Shown here: positions 60,318 to 64,000 of the stretch, piece after piece | Numbering within the stretch: position 1 is the first letter of the stretch | Layout of the letters: the number at the start of each line of letters is the position of its first letter | Origin: Eukaryota sp. TZLM1-RC | Taxonomy: Eukaryota; Protista; Metamonada: BaSk clade | DNA: 64,000 nt | Direction: 5' to 3' | NCBI GenBank assembly: GCA_040285825.1 | Contig: JAUPSS010000007.1 | Location: forward strand, 2,640,689 to 2,704,688 | Notes under the pieces: model-generated | Databases searched by the model: none | What the model saw: the letters and a program-made list of their open reading frames with translations, nothing else | What the model was told of the DNA's origin: nothing | Program-made: the position numbers and the translations under genes

Positions 60318-61655
60318 TATTTATTCAGATAAAATAACCCATCTAGAATTCAATATCCTCCAAACAAGCGTCACTATTACTGAACCTACTCACAGCATTA
60401 CGTTCATATTCTACACCAATAGCTAAAAGTGCCTTTGAAATCATTGTTGGAATAGACTTGAAAATGCAAAAAACAATTCTATTTAACCAGAAAGTGGAGT
60501 TCATTGTTTTACCAGACCTATTCAGTAACACTTTCTTAAAATTTTCCAAAAAGTGCAACCCTGAAGGTCCAATATTGCCAAAAAGAGAAATTGCAAACGG
60601 CACAAACTGATATTTCACATGTTCCACTCTACCTAGCTGTGCCAAAGGTTCTTCATATTTTTTTATCTTCTTTTTTTCGGCGTTAGATAACGGCGAATCA
60701 GCGGAATACACTAAACGAGCAGCAGAATTTTTGCAAACATCAACTGAGACAACATCTACAACATTGAGAACACCATCGATCCCTGGAGCTACTAAATCTG
60801 CCCTTCTTTTACCAAAGGAATCATCAGGTTGATCTGAAGACAGCTTACGTACTAGTGGCTCAATAAATGCCTCTATATTGAAACTTTTGCACATGGCATA
60901 TAATTGATCACGAACTGAGTCATGAACAATTGAGCGATAAGTTATAAAATACTTACAGTTTAAAATATGGGAAAGCGTAACAACACTCTTGCAGCGACAA
61001 ATTAAATCATTTGGTAATGAACAAGGCCATAGAAAACATCTCATTCTCATGGCAGTGGTCCATTGGTGATCATTAAGTAGAAGCCATAAATGTTGAAAAT
61101 TTGGGAGATTAGGCAACATGAGCAACTGTCTTCAAGATCAATCAAAAAGTTTGCAAAAACGGGATTTTTTCCTTAGCCAAGCTAAGACGTACAATATAAT
61201 CCAAGTTTTCTAAAACTTTCAAGATTTTTTTCTGCAATTTTGCAAAAGTCAGTGGCAAGGAGAGAAAGCTTCTTGAAGGAAGTTCCACAATATCATAGGG
61301 TAAACATTTAGCCCAAATATTGGGTGAAAGAGTTTCAATTTCCTGTTGCAATGAAATAAGATAAGAGCTGCCACAATTTTCAATGAGATGTATTTTTTCA
61401 GGAAAACGATTCACAAATTCATAAATAAAATTTTTTCCACCTCCAATAAAGGCAGCTTTACAAAGGTAGCTTGATTTATGAATATCAACACCACTAAAAT
61501 TTGTACCACACGAATTGTGGCTTCGTAACTGAGTTGCATCAATTTCCAATAATTTTGCTAAAAAATTGGTTCTTTGTTCATTAAAAATGCGACAAAACTC
61601 CAAAGAAATTGATGGTGATGTTGATCTCAAAATATGAGTAAATTTTCCAGGAAAA
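60318..61655 (-). mobile_element. CRE-like retrotransposon family E, 5'-truncated
   Basis: GKFTHILRS, CRC...HILNC, HDSVRD...EP, RADLV...VVDV...EKKKIKKY and PFAISLFG; ends at AATAAA. Confidence 0.9.
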
Positions 61656-62387
61656 GGAATAGTCATCTTAGTAATAAAAGAATATTCTTCAAAAGTTTGT
61701 AGTAGCCTTACCCATCAATCTCAGTAAATTATATGCGTGATACACATGTGTTCCTGACATTCCCTATGGATTGTCCATTCTGCACACTGGGTTTTGCCCT
61801 GTATATTGCCTCAGAAAACAAACCAATTGACGCCCTTTGTGGATTATTAAGGAAAATGGAGAGACACGTGAGCCACCATCAATCCATGTTGAAACCAAAA
61901 AATATTACTAAGAACCTTATTAGAAATTATGAAATTTGACTGTAAGCCAAATTTCAACCATTGCGGCTGCAAAAATTTTAATCTTCACAGTAAATAAATT
62001 GTTGCATTATATTCCTCAACTCTCTTTGGAAAACTGTTAATTCTTATTCCACAGTGATTTGAATTAGAAATTGGATGACAGATATACACTATTCTGACAT
62101 AAATTCAATGTGTCATCATAAATTAATTTGCTTTCAAGCGAATGTTTAGTTCCAATAATGATACGTGACACAGCTGGTGAATTTTATGTTATGTACCTAT
62201 AAGGTGCAATAAGGTTGTAGAGAAATGTGTTTGATTCAAAAATCTATATCATCAACTTCAGGGAAGGTTCTTAATTTAGCAAAACTCTGAGAAATAACTA
62301 TTTTCAGAAAGTGCAATTAGTTCATTAAGAGGAAAAGATCCGCAGGAATTGCATATATCTACCGAAATATTACCGTTTTTCTTTGCT

Positions 62388-62610
62388 CAAAACAACATAC
62401 AGGAAGAGTTTTGAACAAGACGTTTTGGCAGAACAGAATGATATTTTCAATTTTTAAAGGTGTTGTTGTCCCCTTATTGTATTCTGCATTTTTAACTTTT
62501 GGTCGCTTCTATGAAGGAAAAACTTCCAGTTAATTCTTTTTGGCTGATTGGGGGTATGAAGATTTAAAATTTTCATTTGTGTTGATTTGTTTTCCGTTGG
62601 AATAAATAAA
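62388..62610 (+). mobile_element. CRE-like family B, extreme 3' fragment
   Basis: Reverse-complement match to 11462-11690. Confidence 0.8.
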
Positions 62611-63316
62611 TGTAATGAAAACAACAAAAGTTTTGATTTAATTTAACAATTTACAAAACAACAGTTCAATAATACACCTCCCAAAGTAAAAAGAGCTACA
62701 ACTTGGTAATAGTGCAATTCTCTGAGAAAATATGGTGTAGGGAGCGAGTGAACCATGTAACAAGACCCCTTCTATTATCTTTGGAGCATAACCAAAATGT
62801 TCTCTCTACAGCTATGCTGATCTCTTTACATTATTTCCATGTGCTTCCATCACTGCCAACATTTGCATTAAAAATTATTCGTTGTTCCCAGTTTCCAATC
62901 TCAATAACAACTTGCCTGGATGCTACTGTTTTGAATCTTTGCATCATTTTCGCCTCAGGTCTTGTGCGATTAATGTCAGTCCATGTGCATAGATTCCTGA
63001 ATATTTTTTGATGAGAGACTTCACAAATATTGCTAAGGAAAGCCTCTTAATAATACACGAAACAACGATGAATCTAATGGTTTGTCAAACAGAACAGCAA
63101 AGATCATTAACCTAAAGTGCCAAAAGGCACACGTAGTAAAAGAAAAAACACTTAATTCAAATCTTGATTTTTATTGCTATCGATAATAGTTCTTGAAATA
63201 GTGATGTCAAAATCACTTCGCAAAAAAGAAGTTTAAATTAAATAATAAGCTTAACCAAAAAACAACAAAAAAAGACAAGACCAATACAATTAAAAACACA
63301 AAATACCCTCAACATT

Positions 63317-64000
63317 TCATGATCGTCTCTTTTTAACCAAATCTTTAATACATTTTCGTAATTTTGAAATAAAACCGTCAACATCTTGATCAGTGATTCC
63401 TACACTACTTGCACAATGCAAATAAGAATGTGGAAAATGGTCAAAATGATGGCCAAACTGCTTGAGAACAACATCACCAATGCTAACATCTGCACAATCT
63501 CCAACCGTTCTAGCACCAGAGACCCCTCTTTTGTACAGCATAGAGCCCAATTTAGAGACCTCATCTGTAGAAAAGGTGTTCAAGGTCATTGCTATCGCTA
63601 TGTTGTTGTTAGGACAGTCTAATACCCGTTCACCCAGTTCTGATGCCAAAGAAGCAAGAGAACATTTAAGAACATCAAACAAACGAGACCTTTCAGCTAA
63701 GAGACGCAAATAACCCTGTTTTCCCATTGAGAGGAAGGTCAACATGACATCCAGAAGAGGGGAGATGGACGCTCTTCCAGGATAGCAATGGCTCACACCA
63801 TCAACAAGTTCCTTGTTGCCAGCTACAACACATCCCCCTACAGGGACTAGGAAGTTCTTATCTGTGGAAAAGACAAACAAATCGAGGCAGCCTTCATTAA
63901 GCGCTCGTTTAATAGATTTTATTGATGACTCCGAATTAAACCCATAAGCAAAGTTAGATACATGATACACTCCTGCCCGTCTACATAATCTTCCTACACC
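63317..64000 (-). CDS. SEPSECS: O-phosphoseryl-tRNA(Sec) selenium transferase, 5' part outside the window
   Basis: NFAYG, PLP-lysine motif STDKNFLVPVGG, YPGRAS.SP.LD and LGSMLY.RGVSGAR. Confidence 0.93.
   Translation of the reverse strand, partial: GVGRLCRRAGVYHVSNFAYGFNSESSIKSIKRALNEGCLDLFVFSTDKNFLVPVGGCVVAGNKELVDGVSHCYPGRASISPLLDVMLTFLSMGKQGYLRLLAERSRLFDVLKCSLASLASELGERVLDCPNNNIAIAMTLNTFSTDEVSKLGSMLYKRGVSGARTVGDCADVSIGDVVLKQFGHHFDHFPHSYLHCASSVGITDQDVDGFISKLRKCIKDLVKKRRS

Overview
AT-rich eukaryotic DNA from an anaerobic protist. This rests on 29-36 nt GT-AG introns, bacterial-type pyruvate formate-lyase and alanine dehydrogenase genes that carry such introns, Rpn13, SepSecS and a Pol III tRNA-Phe; the taxon cannot be assigned from the sequence alone. 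About 13 host genes are interspersed with many mobile elements: at least five families of decayed CRE-like (RT plus restriction-like endonuclease) non-LTR retrotransposons, an 8 x 505-bp tandem array built from an inverted piece of one of them, a full-length but mutated chromodomain Ty3/gypsy element, a 1.1-kb gag-only LTR element and a 585-bp hAT-like TIR element. The standout is an intact, intronless 637-aa Fanzor (eukaryotic TnpB/Cas12 relative) at 26795..28708 (-). It keeps all three RuvC catalytic positions, sits in a ~2.1-kb transposase-less unit with imperfect terminal inverted repeats, and is followed by stem-loops where an omegaRNA is expected. All family calls come from motifs read by eye; no database searches were run.
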